A stretch of 64,000 nucleotides of DNA. Origin: an uncultured Actinomycetota bacterium (GTDB lineage Bacteria > Actinomycetota > Actinomycetes > CAVWCF01). The number at the start of each line of letters is the position of its first letter. Within the stretch, counting starts at the first letter, position 1. This document shows, one piece after another, positions 62,640-64,000 of this stretch. The position numbers and the translations under genes were made by a program. The notes under the pieces were generated by a model. The model saw only the letters and a program-made list of their open reading frames with translations, did not search any database and was not told the origin of the DNA. The stretch lies in assembly GCA_963753435.1 (NCBI GenBank), contig CAVWCF010000002.1, positions 1-64,000 of the forward strand. Reading direction: 5' to 3'.

Positions 62640-62716
62640 TGGGGTGAGTGACGGGACTTGAACCCGCGACGTCCTGGACCACAACCAGGTGCTCTACCAA
62701 CTGAGCTACACCCACC
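62640..62716 (-). tRNA. tRNA-His(GTG)
   Basis: G-1 + GTGGGTGTAGCTCAGTTGGTAGAGC, loop TT-GTG-GT, C discriminator, CCA encoded. Confidence 0.95.
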
Positions 62717-62777
62717 ATTGCCGCGTCTGCGGCGGGGCGAAGTGTATCCCCGCGGCCCGCATACGGCGGAATCGCGA

Positions 62778-63383
62778 TCAGGCGGGCGGGTTCTCGTTCA
62801 GGTCGGCCGCGACCGCCCGGGCCGATTCGGTGTCCGGTCCAGGATCGGGCACGAAGACGGCGCGGCGGTAGTACTGCAGCTCGCGAATGCTGTCGAGGAT
62901 GTCCCCGAGAGCACGGTGACCACCGGTCTTGTCCGGGGCAGCGAAGTACGCGCGTGGGAACCAGCGGCGGGCCAGCTCCTTGATGCTGGACACGTCGACG
63001 TTGCGGTAGTGCAGATGTGCCTCCAAGGCGGGCATCTGCTTGACCAGAAAGGCCCGGTCCATGTGCACGGTGTTGCCGGCCAGCGGCACTTTGCGGGCTT
63101 CGGGTACGTGGCTCTGCACGTAGGCGAGCACCTCTGCTTCGACGACGGCCACGTCCTCGCCGTCTTCAAGCAGGGGGAGCAGGCCGGACTGCGTGTGCAT
63201 GTCCCGCACCACGTCGGACATCTGCGCGAGCGCTTCGGCCGTGGGTCGGATCACTCGCGCGATTCCCTCGTCCAGCGGGGTCAGGTCCGCGTCGGTGACG
63301 ACGACGGCGATCTCCACCAGCACATCGGCGTCGAGGTCGAGACCCGTCATCTCGCAATCGATCCAAACCAGAGGTCCGCCCAT
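62778..63383 (-). CDS. orn: oligoribonuclease
   Basis: VWIDCEMTGLD, MHTQSGL, HYRNVDVSSIKEL, HRALGDI. Confidence 0.96.
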   Translation of the reverse strand: MGGPLVWIDCEMTGLDLDADVLVEIAVVVTDADLTPLDEGIARVIRPTAEALAQMSDVVRDMHTQSGLLPLLEDGEDVAVVEAEVLAYVQSHVPEARKVPLAGNTVHMDRAFLVKQMPALEAHLHYRNVDVSSIKELARRWFPRAYFAAPDKTGGHRALGDILDSIRELQYYRRAVFVPDPGPDTESARAVAADLNENPPA

Positions 63384-63447
63384 GGCTGCTGACTCTAGGG
63401 GCCTCGCCGCCGCGACTGCGGCCGGGCCGACCCGGGCCGCCGAGGCG

Positions 63448-64000
63448 CTAGGTGTCGTCGCGAACGTCCGAAAGGGGGCGCCTTGGAGTCGGTGGTCCCT
63501 GAGTGCCGTACCCGAACCGGACAACCATCTGGGCATGGCCAGGGGGATCGGCGGGGTCGCGGACCAGCCAGCGCAGGCTGGGCTGCTCGATCGCCTGGTT
63601 CACGAAAGACGTGGCGAGGCCCTCGATTGTGGCTGTCAGCAGGACGCGCTGCAGCGCCTGGCCGGCGATGAGCCAGTTCTCCGGGTCGTCGGAACGGGTC
63701 TGCAGCACGCCGAGCAGTGGCGCAGACTCGTAGTGCTCGCGGGCGCGTCCGGGAACGGGCTTGCCGCGCCGCAGGTCACGGGTGACCGCGTTCGGATCGG
63801 CCGCCAGCGGGCCAAGTGCGTACCCGGGCACACCGTCGGGGCGGTCGGCTTCCACGCCCGTCCACTGGGCGGCCTCCTCGGCGAGGCTCGGGTCCAGGTC
63901 CCGCTCCAATTCGCCAATGTGCAGTAGGTCGATGATGCGGCTGCGTTCGAAGGCGTCGGTGACCAAGTGCAGGAATGCGCCTTCGGCCGAAGCTGCTTCG
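63448..64000 (-). CDS. Acg-family nitroreductase-like protein, C-terminal part (runs off window)
   Basis: WLIAGQALQRVLLTAT, QMVVRFGYG, TPRRPL. Confidence 0.8.
   Translation of the reverse strand, partial: EAASAEGAFLHLVTDAFERSRIIDLLHIGELERDLDPSLAEEAAQWTGVEADRPDGVPGYALGPLAADPNAVTRDLRRGKPVPGRAREHYESAPLLGVLQTRSDDPENWLIAGQALQRVLLTATIEGLATSFVNQAIEQPSLRWLVRDPADPPGHAQMVVRFGYGTQGPPTPRRPLSDVRDDT

Overview
High-GC actinomycete chromosomal segment, mostly core genome with accessory insertions. In order it holds: the end of a hut operon (hutU 3' end, hutH, hutI), hisN and a ferritin-like di-iron protein; a compact Tad/Flp pilus cluster; and the conserved prfB-ftsE-ftsX-M23-S41-smpB-ssrA block with two insertions. 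One insertion is a ~5.6 kb frameshifted, repetitive LAxTG-anchored surface-protein gene preceded by a class II c-di-GMP riboswitch-like RNA, and the other is a two-component/CcdA-thioredoxin/arsenic cassette. Next come assorted accessory genes, a tyrosine/homogentisate catabolic cluster (hppD, hmgA, fahA, an unknown ORF, Lrp and IclR regulators) and the conserved clpS-DUF2017-mec-cysO-cysM-murI-rph-rdgB operon. The window ends with tandem bcp genes, a NikMNQO-type ECF transporter behind a Nur-like box, an orphan groES, a P450, three tRNAs and orn. The most notable signal is the riboswitch at ~12790-12907, which has a readable SD-sequestering alternative fold, upstream of a ~1,850 aa adhesin-like protein near the Tad locus. 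I saw no CRISPR array, integrase or transposase. Several 1-nt indels in short homopolymers suggest assembly errors or recent decay. All family assignments come from motif recognition by eye; no searches were run.
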